NCBI GenBank assembly: GCA_963716725.1
Contig: CAVQUB010000034.1
Coordinates: 119,281-183,280 of the forward strand
Direction: 5' to 3'
DNA length: 64,000 bases
Source of the DNA: an uncultured delta proteobacterium
Lineage (GTDB): Bacteria; Myxococcota_A; Polyangia; Polyangiales; Polyangiaceae
Shown: positions 9,756 through 20,595 of the stretch, in pieces
Numbering within the stretch: the first letter of the stretch is position 1
Layout: each line of letters opens with the position of its first letter
The notes under the pieces: model-generated
Databases searched by the model: none
What the model saw: the letters and a program-made list of their open reading frames with translations, nothing else
What the model was told of the DNA's origin: nothing
Position numbers and translations under genes: made by a program

Positions 9756-11006
9756 TCAGTGCAAGGTGTGCCAGCCGCCTTCGTGCTCGACGCGGGGCAC
9801 CTCGATTTCTTCCACTCGCGGCTTGATGTCGACCACTTCGCTGCGTGCCTCGCGTGCAAAGACAATGCGCACTCGGCCGGCCTCAGCCTCGCGCAACCTA
9901 CGGCGCAGCTCGTCCTCCGCGGCCTCCTCACGGCCCCAGCGCGCCAGGGTCACTCCCGAGCGCTTCTTGCGCCGGCGCCAGCCCCAGATGAAGAGGCCGA
10001 TGGCTCCCACCCAGATCACCGTGCCGCTGAAGATCACGGGCCAGAAGGTGTAGCGACGGGCCACGTCCTCGCGCCACTCGAACTCCAGGGTCGCTAGATC
10101 GAGTCCGTACGAGTCGTTGAGCGCCCGCTCGAAGTCCTGCCCTTTGCGCACTCGCTCCACTAGGCCGGTGAATCGTTGCTGGTCCTGACGCCGGATCAAG
10201 AAGCGCACGACGTCAGCGGCCTGGGCGTAGGCCACCGAAACGCCAACCGCATCGGTGGGAAAGGTCCGCTCCAACCGGCCCAGCGGCAGCAGCTCGTCGG
10301 CCACAGTCGCGGTCCACAGCGTCTGCAGACGGGTCACCGATCCTTCTCCCGAGACGAAGACAGCGACGCCTTCGTTGAACCAGCGAGGCACGGGCCGGCC
10401 GTCGACCGCGTCGTGCAGCGCGACGTGCGCCAACTCGTGTCGGAAGACCTCACCCAAGTCGTGACGTGAGTTGGGATCGACCGGGTGCAAGGTCAGCAGC
10501 ACGAAACCGATGTCCGAGTAGGCGACGCCGGCGGCATAGCGCGGGAAGGGCGCTCCTTCGGGAGCGAGGCTCGCCATCTCTCCGGGCGTGCGCGCCACAT
10601 AGACAGTGACTTTGCTCAGCACCGGGCGCCCGAAGCGCCGGACCAACTCGGCGCGCGCCGCGTCGGCCTGCGTGATCAACGGTTGCACGCGCTCGCGCAA
10701 CCCCGGCTCGTAGGCGAATTTGATCCAGCCCCCGTCGTGGGTATTGAAGCCGGCCGGAGGGGGTGGGATGGCCAGCTTCGAGTCGATGCGGGGCGCGTCG
10801 GCGGGCGGCGCGTGCGTCTCGGGATCAGGACCCGCGCGCTCGGGCTCCGGAGCTGGCGGCGCCGGGGTCGACACACCGATGCGAACCGGCATGCCGGCGG
10901 GCGGCGACTCTGCGACGGCGCTGCCACCCGTCACCAGCGCGAGCACGAACGCGGCGAGCAGCAAGAGGCGGCGGAAGAAATGGGATTCGACGCGCGAAGC
11001 GCCCAT
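9756..11006 (-). CDS. Peptidase MA-like zinc metallopeptidase, membrane anchored
   Basis: HELAH...PRWFNEGVA gluzincin motif, signal peptide, C-terminal TM. Confidence 0.8.
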   Translation of the reverse strand: MGASRVESHFFRRLLLLAAFVLALVTGGSAVAESPPAGMPVRIGVSTPAPPAPEPERAGPDPETHAPPADAPRIDSKLAIPPPPAGFNTHDGGWIKFAYEPGLRERVQPLITQADAARAELVRRFGRPVLSKVTVYVARTPGEMASLAPEGAPFPRYAAGVAYSDIGFVLLTLHPVDPNSRHDLGEVFRHELAHVALHDAVDGRPVPRWFNEGVAVFVSGEGSVTRLQTLWTATVADELLPLGRLERTFPTDAVGVSVAYAQAADVVRFLIRRQDQQRFTGLVERVRKGQDFERALNDSYGLDLATLEFEWREDVARRYTFWPVIFSGTVIWVGAIGLFIWGWRRRKKRSGVTLARWGREEAAEDELRRRLREAEAGRVRIVFAREARSEVVDIKPRVEEIEVPRVEHEGGWHTLH

Positions 11007-11040
11007 GGTCCGTTGAAGGTAAGGGCGGCAACCCACTCCG

Positions 11041-11823
11041 TCAACGTGGGTCGACGGGTCTGAGCCAGCCCGAGAGCCCGGTCAGCACCGGCGCCTGATC
11101 GGCGAGCACCCCGCGCATCTGTGCAGCTCCAAGGCCCCAGCCGAGACCCGCGGCGACGACCACGACCCAAAGCGCGGGTCCGATGCGCGCGACCAATTGC
11201 CGCGCCGGAACGAACGCTCCGACCGCGGCCAGCACCACAGACAAAAGGCCGTCGAGCACCGAGCCGCGGAGTTCCGCGCCGAGGGCGGGCAGCGCGAGCA
11301 CCAAGCCCAGCGCCAGCGAGAGGGCGGCGATGACTCGGGGCGCCTGGGCGAGAGCACCCTCGCGCCCAGCCGACCAGGCGATCAAGCGCGCTGCCACCGC
11401 CGTCGCGCCGAGCACCAGCAGCGTCGCGACGATGGCAAACGTGGCGCCACCCAAGGGGCGATGGTGGGTCGCAACCTTGAGCACTCGGGCAAAGAGCATG
11501 AGCGGGGCGAGGGAGAGCGCGAGGCCGAGCGGCAAGCTCCACGCGCTCCGGGAGAGCGGACGCGCGAGTCGCCAGGCCGCGGCGACTGGCGCGATCATCA
11601 ACGCCGCCGATCCCCAAAGCGCAACCCACGCGACGATCAGGCCCGCGCCACCGCCGGCCGCCCGGAGCGCCGCCGGAACCACGATCACGGCGGAGCCGAG
11701 CGTGGCGATGGCGAGACCGGTGCTCGCCGCGGCGCGCGCTTCAGCCGCGCTCACGCCGAGCGCAGCTCCAGACGTACACGGCGTGAGGCGCCCTCGGGCA
11801 GGTAGCCGTGCTCCAGGTACCAA
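11041..11823 (-). CDS. Hypothetical multi-pass membrane protein
   Basis: Several hydrophobic helices; co-oriented with neighbours; true start probably near 11750. Confidence 0.6.
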   Translation of the reverse strand: MVPGARLPARGRLTPCTSGAALGVSAAEARAAASTGLAIATLGSAVIVVPAALRAAGGGAGLIVAWVALWGSAALMIAPVAAAWRLARPLSRSAWSLPLGLALSLAPLMLFARVLKVATHHRPLGGATFAIVATLLVLGATAVAARLIAWSAGREGALAQAPRVIAALSLALGLVLALPALGAELRGSVLDGLLSVVLAAVGAFVPARQLVARIGPALWVVVVAAGLGWGLGAAQMRGVLADQAPVLTGLSGWLRPVDPR

Positions 11824-12806
11824 CGCACCGCGCGCGCGAGGGTTTGCCGTGCGGGCCGATGCTGGTAGCCGAGCTCACGCTCGGCCTTCTCGCTGCTGAC
11901 CCACACGTACGCGCAGGCGTAGTCGCGAGCGAGCTTCTTGGTGATGGGCGGATCCCCGCCGAATAGCTCGGCCTTGAGCTCCATCAGCGAGCCCAAGAAG
12001 CCAATCAGGCCCGGCCCGAGCACGCGGCCCGGCAAGGCGAGCCCGGTGATGTCGGCCAAGGTGTCGATGAGCTGGTGATAGGTCACGTTCTCGCCGCCGA
12101 GCACGTAGGTCTCACCGACCTGACCCTTCTCCATGGCAGCGATGTGTCCCTCCACCACGTCGTCGACGTCCACGACGCTGAGCCCACCGTCGGTGACGGG
12201 CACGCTGAGCGACGGAGGAGTCTTCATGTAGGTGAGCAGGCTCTGACCCGTGGGCGTCGGCTTCCAGTCTCCGGGACCGTAGATAGCCGAGGGACGCACA
12301 ACCACGACAGGCTCGCCCTCGTCGGCGGCTTCGAGGGCGACGCGCTCGGCCTCGAACTTCGAGAGCACGTAGGCCTCGGGATCCTTCAAGTTGAATTCAT
12401 GCGTCTCGTCCATCTCTTCGGCGGCCGTCGTCGAGCCCATGGCAGCGACGCTGCTGGTGACGACTATCTTCTCGATGCCGCGACGGCGCGCCGCCTCGAG
12501 CGTCGCTCGCGTTCCCTCGATGGCTGGCCGCAAGATGGTCTGCGGATCCGGATCCCACATCTTGAAGTTGCTCGCGACGTGGTAGAGCCGATTGCAGCTC
12601 GCGAGGGCGCGGAACACCGTGTGCTCGACGGTGATGTCACCGTAGGCCAGCCGGCAGCGATCGGTGGGCAGATCCGCCAGGTGACGCAGGCTCGATCCAG
12701 CGCGAACGAAGGCCTTGACGTGCTCGCCGCGCTCGACCAGCGCGCGCACGAGCCGCGAGCCCACGAAACCAGAGGCGCCGGTGACCAGGGTCCAGGACTG
12801 AGCCAT
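11751..12806 (-). CDS. NAD-dependent epimerase/dehydratase (dihydroflavonol reductase/HpnA-like)
   Basis: LVTGASGFVGS Rossmann motif, YVLSK, VRPSAIYGPGD. Confidence 0.9.
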   Translation of the reverse strand: MAQSWTLVTGASGFVGSRLVRALVERGEHVKAFVRAGSSLRHLADLPTDRCRLAYGDITVEHTVFRALASCNRLYHVASNFKMWDPDPQTILRPAIEGTRATLEAARRRGIEKIVVTSSVAAMGSTTAAEEMDETHEFNLKDPEAYVLSKFEAERVALEAADEGEPVVVVRPSAIYGPGDWKPTPTGQSLLTYMKTPPSLSVPVTDGGLSVVDVDDVVEGHIAAMEKGQVGETYVLGGENVTYHQLIDTLADITGLALPGRVLGPGLIGFLGSLMELKAELFGGDPPITKKLARDYACAYVWVSSEKAERELGYQHRPARQTLARAVRWYLEHGYLPEGASRRVRLELRSA

Positions 12807-12850
12807 GCAGAGCTACCTACCATCGGGCCCGCACGGCTGTCAGCCCAAGC

Positions 12851-15316
12851 TCATTTCCGGCCGCGGGTCCGCGTGCCGCAGGTCGGCGGGGACTCGAGCG
12901 CGGCCTGCGCGGCCCGCCGCACCATCGGGGGCGCGGCCTCACTGGTGAGACGACGAAGTCGCTTGGGCAAGTCCGCGGGTCGGATCCGCGACAGCGCGCC
13001 GAGCGCCACCGGTCCGAGGGCGCGCGCCTCGGCGCTGGCTGCAGGGCTCGCGAGCTCGAGGGCGATCTGGGTGAGCAGGTCGACGGATCCGGCGTCGCAC
13101 ATCAGCCCGAGCGAGAGCCCCGCCGCGAGCCGGACATCCAGGACCTCGTCCGCGTCCTCGAGCCGCTCCCGCACCGCGTCGGCGTGAGCGTTGCCCCGCC
13201 GATCGCCGAGCGCGATGGCCGCCGGCGCACGGACCTTCGGCGACTCATCGCGGAGTGCACGTGCCAACGCGGCGTCCGCCGCCGGACTCGCGCGGTGTTG
13301 GGCCAGGGCGACGGCCGCAGCGGCTCGGACCATGGGCCAGCGATCACTTTGCAGCAGCGAGGACGCCGCATCCAGGGCGAACGATCCCTGAGGTTTGGTC
13401 AGATTCTCGAGCGCATATTCCCGCACCCGCACCTCGCGGTCGGCGAGCGCATGCAACAACTCCTTTTCGAACGCTTCCACGCGGGGGACTCGTCGCGCGG
13501 CCTCTGCCCGAACGTGATGACTCGGATCGGAGACGATGGCCCGGGCCAAGAGCGCGCGGGCTCCCGCGTCGCGCGCCGAGAGTGCCGCGGCCGGACCGAG
13601 CACCAGGTAGCGCGTGCGGAAGTCGGCGCCGGGTTTCGAGATGCGTGAGAGCGCCGCGCTCGCTTCCGGTGCGAAGGCCGGCGCGCGATCGCCGAGCGAC
13701 CTCAAGAGATCGAGAGTCGCCAGCTCGGGCAGGCTCAGATCGGAGAGCAGACGCCGCACCTCGGTGGCCGCCTTGGGATCACGGGTGGCCCAGCCGAGCG
13801 CCTTGCGCAAGAGTCGGCGACCACGCGGGTCGCTCGCCGGCAGCATGGGCACGACCAGGCGCACCGCGCGCTCCGGGGCGACCAACGACAGCTCCGACGC
13901 GAGCAGCGGACGCAGCCGGGGCGTCGCCGCGACGAGGGCCTTCTCCAGAGCGTCGGCGGCGTCGGTGCCGCATCGCCTCAGGCGATCGCGCCCGTGGCGC
14001 CGTTGCGCCGGAAAGGGGCCGGTGAGCGCTCGCAGATAGAGCGCGACGCCCGCCGAGCAGGGCGACTGATCGATCACCGCCAGCGCGACGCGTCGCCCGC
14101 CTTCGTCGAGGCTATCGAAGGCCTTGTGGATCGGCTCCACCGCCGCGGCTCCAAGCGCCCTCAGCGCGTCCGCCGCGGCCTCGGCCCGCGGTCCTCCGCC
14201 TGCCAACGCGCCGACCAGGCTGTCCACCGTGTTCCGATCGAACTCGGTGCGCGCCGTGAGCTCGGCAAAGGTCACCCGGGAGTCCGCGGTCGCTCCCTGA
14301 GCGCCCTCCACCACCAGCGCGAGGCAGTCGTCGCGGATCGGTGCATCGAGCGCGATCTCGAAGCGCGCGCCGGGCACCTTCCACGCGTCGGCAGGCAGTG
14401 TGACGTGGATCAGCGTGTCGTGAGTCGCCAGCCAGAAGTCCGAGGCTGCGACGCCCTTGTCCGGCGCCACGCCCGGCGGCCGTAGCACCAACTCGAAGCC
14501 GTGGATGGGGAGCTGCGACGGCGCGTCCATCAGCACGAACTCGCCGCGGCCCTCGCCACCTCGGTTCTCGGCCCAGGTCGTCTCCGGCTTTCCGTCGGTG
14601 AGCGCTCCCGGATCGCCGATGGCGCTCGAGGCTGCCGTCGCACGCAGCAAGCGGTAGGTCGCGCGTGGCGCGTCGTCCGCCAGGAGTCGCGCCGTCACTT
14701 GGCGCGCGCGGTCGCGCTCTGCGGATCCAAGCCGCTGCACCTTGGCGGGTTTCAGCGTCAGATCAGCGGCGACGATTTTAGGCGCGAGGATGGCGGCTCG
14801 TCCGCACAGTGAGAGATCCTCGCGCTGCTCGCCGATGGCGATGCTCCAGGTGCCGTCCGCGTTGGGATCACCGCGTTGCACCATGGGACCGCGCCGTGCT
14901 CCGGGCTCTCCCTCGAGCAACCCGGCCCAGCCCTTGAACAGGACCTTGGGCGCGTTGCCGCCGTCGATGGGCGCGGCGACCAGGGCATGCCATGTGCGCG
15001 CGCGGCTCGCGTCGGCGATCTCGATGCTGATCAAGCGCCGCGCCTTCGCGATCCGCACGACGGCGAGCTTCGCCCTGCCGGCCAGCGACCTCGCGTCGGC
15101 GGGCAGCTCGAGATCCACGGCGCCTCGCCCGTCGAGCGCGCACGGACCCTTCGGGCAGACCGCTGCCCGCAAGCTCTCGTCAGCAGCGAAACCGAAGCTG
15201 AGCGCCGCCTGTCGATCCCCCGCTGGCGCGTGCGCCACCACCGGTTTCAGCTTCTGCGCGCGCGCCGGCGCCGCGAGGCACAAGAGCACCGCGAGGGGGA
15301 ACGGCCAGGCGCGCAC
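12851..15316 (-). CDS. Secreted HEAT-repeat protein with discoidin-like domain
   Basis: Signal peptide; ALTDGKPETTWAE; C-terminal LxDxxxxVRxxAAxAL repeats. Confidence 0.75.
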   Translation of the reverse strand: MRAWPFPLAVLLCLAAPARAQKLKPVVAHAPAGDRQAALSFGFAADESLRAAVCPKGPCALDGRGAVDLELPADARSLAGRAKLAVVRIAKARRLISIEIADASRARTWHALVAAPIDGGNAPKVLFKGWAGLLEGEPGARRGPMVQRGDPNADGTWSIAIGEQREDLSLCGRAAILAPKIVAADLTLKPAKVQRLGSAERDRARQVTARLLADDAPRATYRLLRATAASSAIGDPGALTDGKPETTWAENRGGEGRGEFVLMDAPSQLPIHGFELVLRPPGVAPDKGVAASDFWLATHDTLIHVTLPADAWKVPGARFEIALDAPIRDDCLALVVEGAQGATADSRVTFAELTARTEFDRNTVDSLVGALAGGGPRAEAAADALRALGAAAVEPIHKAFDSLDEGGRRVALAVIDQSPCSAGVALYLRALTGPFPAQRRHGRDRLRRCGTDAADALEKALVAATPRLRPLLASELSLVAPERAVRLVVPMLPASDPRGRRLLRKALGWATRDPKAATEVRRLLSDLSLPELATLDLLRSLGDRAPAFAPEASAALSRISKPGADFRTRYLVLGPAAALSARDAGARALLARAIVSDPSHHVRAEAARRVPRVEAFEKELLHALADREVRVREYALENLTKPQGSFALDAASSLLQSDRWPMVRAAAAVALAQHRASPAADAALARALRDESPKVRAPAAIALGDRRGNAHADAVRERLEDADEVLDVRLAAGLSLGLMCDAGSVDLLTQIALELASPAASAEARALGPVALGALSRIRPADLPKRLRRLTSEAAPPMVRRAAQAALESPPTCGTRTRGRK

Positions 15317-15328
15317 GCGGCGATTGAA

Positions 15329-16237
15329 TCAGGAGTCGGCGGGCTGCGCCAGCTTGCGAGACCACAAGAAGGCGTCGACGCGACGTGGTCCCAGGGCGAT
15401 GTGGCCGCGCAGGGTGCCCGTGCGGCGGAAGCCGTGGAGCGGGAACACCGCCGACATACGCTGATCGTCGGCGGGGCTGAGCGCAAAACAGCCAACCACC
15501 TCGCGACGCAGCAGCTCGTCGCAGAGCAGCCTCACGGCAGCGGAGGTGAGGGCCAGCTCTTTGTCGGTCTTGGGCGCGGTCAACAGCTCGAGGAAGGCGT
15601 TGTTGAAGCAAGCCTGGGTCTCCACCGATGCCCAGAGCGACAGCCCGCCCCGCGCGGTGCATTGGAAGGTGCTGCGGATCACGTCGCGCCCGAAGGGCTC
15701 GAAGCCGGTGAGGGCACGACCCGATCGAAGGGCGGCGGCCACGGGTTTGTCGGCGTCCGCCGGCTTGACCTGCGAGAGCTTCGCCGCGATGGCCGGCAGC
15801 GCCTCGACGTCTTTGATGGCGCGCCGCACGGCTTGATACGCGCGATCGGTCTCGAGGTCTTCGCCGCTCTCCGTCAACGCAGGTCGGGTGCCCGACTGTT
15901 CGTTCTCCTCGTACGCGTTGTCACCGCCGACGATCGTGCCAAGCACGAAGGCGTCGCTGCGTTTGTAGAAGCCTGGGATGTTTCCCTCTCGAGCGAACCC
16001 CATGCGCGTCCAGGCCGCACACTCGTCACGCTCGACCAAGGTGTAGATGCGCTCGGCCCCCTCGCGTCGGGCGGCGCCCAGCACCAAGGCGCGCTTGACC
16101 GGGCTGGGCCCACTGCGAAAGTCGACGACTCGGAGGCTGCGGGCGCGCCGATTGACGAGCAGGCACAGCGAGACGTTGGGCTTGTAGATGAATATCTCTT
16201 CGGAAATAGGCTGAGCGGACGGAGTGTGAGCAGGCAT
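15329..16237 (-). CDS. Hypothetical protein with two GNAT-like halves
   Basis: WTRMGFAREGNIPGFY and FPLHGFRRTGTLRGH resemble GNAT C-terminal motifs. Confidence 0.55.
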   Translation of the reverse strand: MPAHTPSAQPISEEIFIYKPNVSLCLLVNRRARSLRVVDFRSGPSPVKRALVLGAARREGAERIYTLVERDECAAWTRMGFAREGNIPGFYKRSDAFVLGTIVGGDNAYEENEQSGTRPALTESGEDLETDRAYQAVRRAIKDVEALPAIAAKLSQVKPADADKPVAAALRSGRALTGFEPFGRDVIRSTFQCTARGGLSLWASVETQACFNNAFLELLTAPKTDKELALTSAAVRLLCDELLRREVVGCFALSPADDQRMSAVFPLHGFRRTGTLRGHIALGPRRVDAFLWSRKLAQPADS

Positions 16238-16395
16238 CGACCCCCCTCGAGGCTGCAGAAGCTGGTGGGTCCGACCAGACTTCGCGTGGTTGAACGCTCC
16301 AGGCGGGAGCGCGCTTTCAAAACTGCAACGCCGCGTAGCATGGGCAATGCGTTCGAGCAACGCACGCCCGAAGCTCGCGTGACGCGGCGCGCTAC

Positions 16396-17295
16396 TCAGG
16401 AATAGCGCTGTGCGAACGCGGCATCGGCGCCGAGCGCGCCGAGCACCACCGGCAGCTGCTTGAGCGGCAACGACACCCGGGTGGGCATGCCGCCGGCCAG
16501 CCCGAACAGCGTGAGGAAGTTCCGCCCGCTGTCGAAGCGTGCGGCGATCGCCACGTTGTTCGAATCGATCACCACGCTGACCGCCTCGCGTTCTTGTCCC
16601 AAGAGCAGCAACAGGGTCTTGTCGAGCTTGCCGAATCCCTGTCGCACGTCGACCACCGCGATTCCCGGCGGGATCCGTTCGTAGCCCTGGGCGGCGCGCC
16701 GAGTCTCTTGTTCGACCGGGATCAGCTCTGCGGCGGCGCGATCGACCATTTCCCACAGGCTGGCGTCCGCGAGTCCCGTGGCGAGGTGGCGCACGATCAA
16801 GCCGAGCAAGCCCAAGTCGTTGTGCCGCGCGCGCAGGGCCCGGTCGAAGCGAACCGCGACGGCGCTGGGTTCGCCGATTCGGGTGTCGATGGCGCGGGCG
16901 TCGTCGTCGCAACCCGGGTAGGGCTCGATGCCTTCACGGATCCACTTGGCCGCGCTCGCGAGCCCGTCGAAGTCGGTGTGGCAAACGATGGTCTCGATGG
17001 GCCCAACGCGCGCCACCAGCGCTGGGTCGATCATTTCAGGGCAGGCGCCGTGCTCCGACTTCTTGGCCAGCACAAAGCGCGGATCGTTGGCGAACCTCGG
17101 GTGTTCGTCGTGGTCGTGGTGATCGACCCAGGCCCGAAGGCGGTCGCCCAGCGCTTCGATGAAGGGCAACGTCACCTTCTCGAAGCCGGATCCGAGCCCG
17201 GCGAAGGCCACGTCGACGACCACCACCCGCCCAGAAAGCTGCTGGGGTTTCGGCAGCTTGCGCGGCGTCGTGAAGGAAAGCGCTGGAGTGAGCAT
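16396..17295 (-). CDS. DHH-family phosphoesterase
   Basis: VDHHDH and CHTDFDGLASA motifs. Confidence 0.75.
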   Translation of the reverse strand: MLTPALSFTTPRKLPKPQQLSGRVVVVDVAFAGLGSGFEKVTLPFIEALGDRLRAWVDHHDHDEHPRFANDPRFVLAKKSEHGACPEMIDPALVARVGPIETIVCHTDFDGLASAAKWIREGIEPYPGCDDDARAIDTRIGEPSAVAVRFDRALRARHNDLGLLGLIVRHLATGLADASLWEMVDRAAAELIPVEQETRRAAQGYERIPPGIAVVDVRQGFGKLDKTLLLLLGQEREAVSVVIDSNNVAIAARFDSGRNFLTLFGLAGGMPTRVSLPLKQLPVVLGALGADAAFAQRYS

Positions 17296-17358
17296 CGGTT
17301 GGCGACCAAGCGCCGTCCAACGACGGACATGACAGGCGCCCGGAGCTGGAGCAGAACA

Positions 17359-18402
17359 ATGCGTAGCATGCTTTCCGTCCCAAAGACTGCCACGGCCACG
17401 ATCTGCACCGCCCTCGCGGTCGCAGTCACGGTCACGGTCACGGCCGCACCCGCCAAAGCCGACGCCATTCAGACCGGGTCGTGCTCGCTCACTGGCAGCT
17501 CGCTGCCGGCGATCGACACGCTCATTTACGAAAAGTCCAGCGGCGGAGACCCCATCGCTCGGCTCACAGGCGCGAAGATCGGGCTCGTGGCGTCAGACTT
17601 CTTCGCGGGCGCGAGCGACCGGGTGCATGTCAAGACCAGCGTGGGTGCGGGTAGTTTCCGCATCGAGGGGTGGATCGACGCCAAACGGCTGCCGGTCTTC
17701 ACCAACAAGAACGTTCCGGTAGTGCAGAGCCACATCTGGATCGGCGCCCTGCGCGAGGTGACGGTCATCGGCGCGGGCAGCGGCAAGCTCAGGGTGAAGC
17801 GGCAGGTGGGCCTTCCCTTCAACCAAGCCTTCACGGGTTGGGCCGACTGCAGCGCGCTCTCGCTGGCGGCCACCGCGCCCAGCGGCTGGACGCCGACGGG
17901 AAACGCCAGGGCCTACGTCGCCAAGAAGGACGTCGAACTCTACGACAGCGGCGACGACGGTCGGAACCTGATCACGCTCCTCAGCCCCGATTCGAAGGGC
18001 AACGGGATCGTGCTCTGGAGCACCGAAAAGAAGGGGGGATGGGTGCGCTTGGTGCATCAGTCCGAGGTGGTGATCGACGCCTGGGCGCGCACGAAGGATC
18101 TGAAGGAGCTGCCCCGCGGGGAGCTGCAGGACTCCCACCCCCCGTCCACCAGCCGGCGCAGCCCACCGGCGCTGAAGCTCAGCGGCAAGGCCAACTCGGC
18201 GACGGCCCCGAAGGACATCGAGATCCGGGCCAGCGCCAGCGACAAGGGCAAGCTCATCGGAACCCTCGAGGCCGGCGCGGAGGTCTACGTGCTGGACATC
18301 GTCGCGGGCTGGGCCAGCGTGCTGCCCAAGGTGCTGAACGTGGCGCCGCACGGCGAGGGTCAGTTCTGGGTCAAGGCCTCGACCCTGGGCGTCCTTCCTT
18401 GA
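17359..18402 (+). CDS. Secreted hypothetical protein with C-terminal SH3-like domain
   Basis: Signal peptide ending AKA; IEIRASASDKGKLIGTLEAGAEVYVLDIVAGWASV. Confidence 0.6.
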   Translation: MRSMLSVPKTATATICTALAVAVTVTVTAAPAKADAIQTGSCSLTGSSLPAIDTLIYEKSSGGDPIARLTGAKIGLVASDFFAGASDRVHVKTSVGAGSFRIEGWIDAKRLPVFTNKNVPVVQSHIWIGALREVTVIGAGSGKLRVKRQVGLPFNQAFTGWADCSALSLAATAPSGWTPTGNARAYVAKKDVELYDSGDDGRNLITLLSPDSKGNGIVLWSTEKKGGWVRLVHQSEVVIDAWARTKDLKELPRGELQDSHPPSTSRRSPPALKLSGKANSATAPKDIEIRASASDKGKLIGTLEAGAEVYVLDIVAGWASVLPKVLNVAPHGEGQFWVKASTLGVLP

Positions 18403-18439
18403 GGTCGTGAGCGTCCGCCTGTGTGATAGCGTCCGCACC

Positions 18440-19408
18440 GTGCCGAGCGTGGACCGACAGACCGTCGTCGAAGCCCTGAACCACACGCTGGACCAGAGCG
18501 ACTTCCCCACTCTCGGCGCCAAATACGAAGGCAAGGTCCGCGACAACTACTCGCGGGACGGCAAGCGCACGATCATCGTCACCGATCGCATCAGCGCCTT
18601 CGATCGAATCCTGGGCACCCTCCCCCTCAAGGGTCAGCTCTTGAATCACGTCGCCGCGTGGTGGTTCGACAAGACGGCCGATGTCGCGCCCAATCACGTG
18701 ATCGCGGTGCCCGATCCCAACGTGCTCATCGCCCACGAGTGCACGCCGCTCCCGGTAGAGATGGTGATGCGCGGCTACCTGACGGGCACCACCTCGACGA
18801 GCATCTGGGTGCACTACGAGAAGGGCGCGCGAACGTTCTGCGGTCACGCGCTCCCCGACGGCCTGAAGAAGCACCAGCGTTTGCCCGCCCCCCTCCTCAC
18901 GCCGAGCACCAAGGCCGCGAAGGGCGGCCACGACGTCTCGGCGAGCCGCAGCGAAATCCTCGCGATCTCGGGCATGGCCCCGGCCGACTTCGACCAGGCC
19001 GCCGACATGGCCATGGCCCTCTTCGCCGCGGGCCAGCGCATCGCCGCCGACCGCGGCCTGATCCTGGTCGACACCAAATACGAGCTCGGCCGCACCCACG
19101 ACGGGCGCATCGTGGTCATCGACGAGATCCACACCCCCGACTCGTCGCGCTACTGGAAAAGCGCCACCTACGACGCGCGCTTCGCGGCGGGCCAAGACCC
19201 CGAGAGCTTCGACAAGGAGTACCTACGCCGCTGGCTCTCGGAGCGCGGCTTCACCGGCGACGGGCCGATTCCGGCAATACCGGATGAGATCCGGGTGGAG
19301 GCCACGCTGCGCTACATCGAAGCGATCGAAACGCTGACCGGTGAAGCGTTCGTGCCGAATACGGAAGAGCCGGTTGGGAGGATGCGGAGGAATCTGGGGA
19401 TTGGGTGA
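18440..19408 (+). CDS. purC: Phosphoribosylaminoimidazole-succinocarboxamide (SAICAR) synthase
   Basis: YEGKVRD, TDRISAFD, LVDTKYELG, DEIHTPDSSRYW, SFDKEYLR motifs. Confidence 0.95.
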   Translation: MPSVDRQTVVEALNHTLDQSDFPTLGAKYEGKVRDNYSRDGKRTIIVTDRISAFDRILGTLPLKGQLLNHVAAWWFDKTADVAPNHVIAVPDPNVLIAHECTPLPVEMVMRGYLTGTTSTSIWVHYEKGARTFCGHALPDGLKKHQRLPAPLLTPSTKAAKGGHDVSASRSEILAISGMAPADFDQAADMAMALFAAGQRIAADRGLILVDTKYELGRTHDGRIVVIDEIHTPDSSRYWKSATYDARFAAGQDPESFDKEYLRRWLSERGFTGDGPIPAIPDEIRVEATLRYIEAIETLTGEAFVPNTEEPVGRMRRNLGIG

Positions 19409-19474
19409 GGGGCGGGCGGGGCTGACGGGTGGGGGATCCCCCCGGTCGAACACCCCGCTGTCTGGTTGGCGATT
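19352..19474 (+). repeat. purC 3' end + 66 nt downstream, copy 1 (resident)
   Basis: 123 nt repeated at 25724-25846 (1 mismatch), diverged at 23833-23912 and 31251-31343; contains the GGGGGATCCCCC palindrome. Confidence 0.95.
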
Positions 19475-19628
19475 CGGGCGTGCTCCCGCGAACGCCGGAG
19501 ATCATCGTGGCAGAGCGCGAGGCGCATCCGAGCGGGCGCGTGCCGAAGACAGTGAAGGCGCCCGTGACGCGCAACGTGCGGTGAAACTCGCCTGGCCGGC
19601 GTTCGGCGGGTGGAACGGCCAGTTATGC
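19465..19628 (-). repeat. attC-like site, about 165-bp family, one end degenerate
   Basis: CCCGCGAACGCCGG...CCGGCGTTCGGCGGGTGGAACGGCCA-GTTATGC. Confidence 0.7.
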
Positions 19629-19696
19629 CGTGGTGGAACACAGAGAGCCGGGTTGCGGAGGCCGTCGGCGCAGCAACCGTGTGCCATGGTCGTCGC

Positions 19697-20414
19697 TCAC
19701 CGAGACGCAAGCGCCTTGACGAGAGTCCAGCAGTCATCGAGGGCGTCGTGGTGCGCTGTGCCCGGTTGGTCATCGAGGGTCTGGCGCATCACGACGTGGC
19801 GAAGTCCCGCACGGACGCCCTCAACAACGAACCCGCCGCCTTCTGCGACGACGCAACTCGCCTCGTGACCACCGGGACCACATACCCTGACGTGGGAATG
19901 AACGTCTCTGCTGAAGTCGTCGAGTGGCGCGGCGTTCCAGAAACCGCGGTCCATGCAGGCGTCGATTCGAGTCCACGCGGTCAGAGGAGCAGACCAGCTG
20001 TCGACCGTGTGCGCAATGCCGAGCCCGTCTCGATCCTCGCAGGGGCCCCAGCGCTTGAGACGCGCGCGACAGAGCGACGCACGACGTTCCAGTGTAACGA
20101 CGCTTCCAAAAGTTCCGCCAACAAGGAATCGATACGCGGGCGCTCCCGACGAGTCTGGCAACGTGGCCTCACCGTGCAGGAGCAACTCGCCCGCGGCGAG
20201 GCGGAGCCATCGCGCACTCTGCAGGCGGGGAGAGAGGCCTGGAAAGAGTTCCGCGGTGGTTGCCGAGTCCGCCGGAGCCGGCGGCTGATCTACGGCAATC
20301 GGCTGGGTGGGGCAGCGGGGGAGGGCCATGCGTTCGCAGCCGGGCACTGTCGCCATGGTCAGGGCGGTCAGGGCCGCGGGAAGGCGGCGCGAAGCAGCGG
20401 TTGCGGCAAGCATC
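19697..20414 (-). CDS. Hypothetical cassette protein, possibly a lipoprotein
   Basis: ORF between attC-like sites; ...LTALTMATVPGC possible lipobox. Confidence 0.35.
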
Positions 20415-20509
20415 AGGTCGTCGCTGATCTCGCGCAGGCGTTTCCGGTGAGAAGACAGCGGGATAACGAATCGAAATTCAGCTGCGAAGGCAGCCTCAAC
20501 TTCACTGGA

Positions 20510-20586
20510 TGCTACCACTCCAGCAGCACACCTGGGGCGCTGCGGCTGGCGGGTCAGCCTTCGGCTGCTGAAATTTCCTGTTAGAC
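20510..20586 (-). repeat. Short attC-like site (degenerate R')
   Basis: Minus strand GTCTAAC-aggaaatttCAGCAGC...GCTGCTG just after the stop codon of 20596-21387. Confidence 0.55.
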
Positions 20587-20595
20587 CGCACCCGA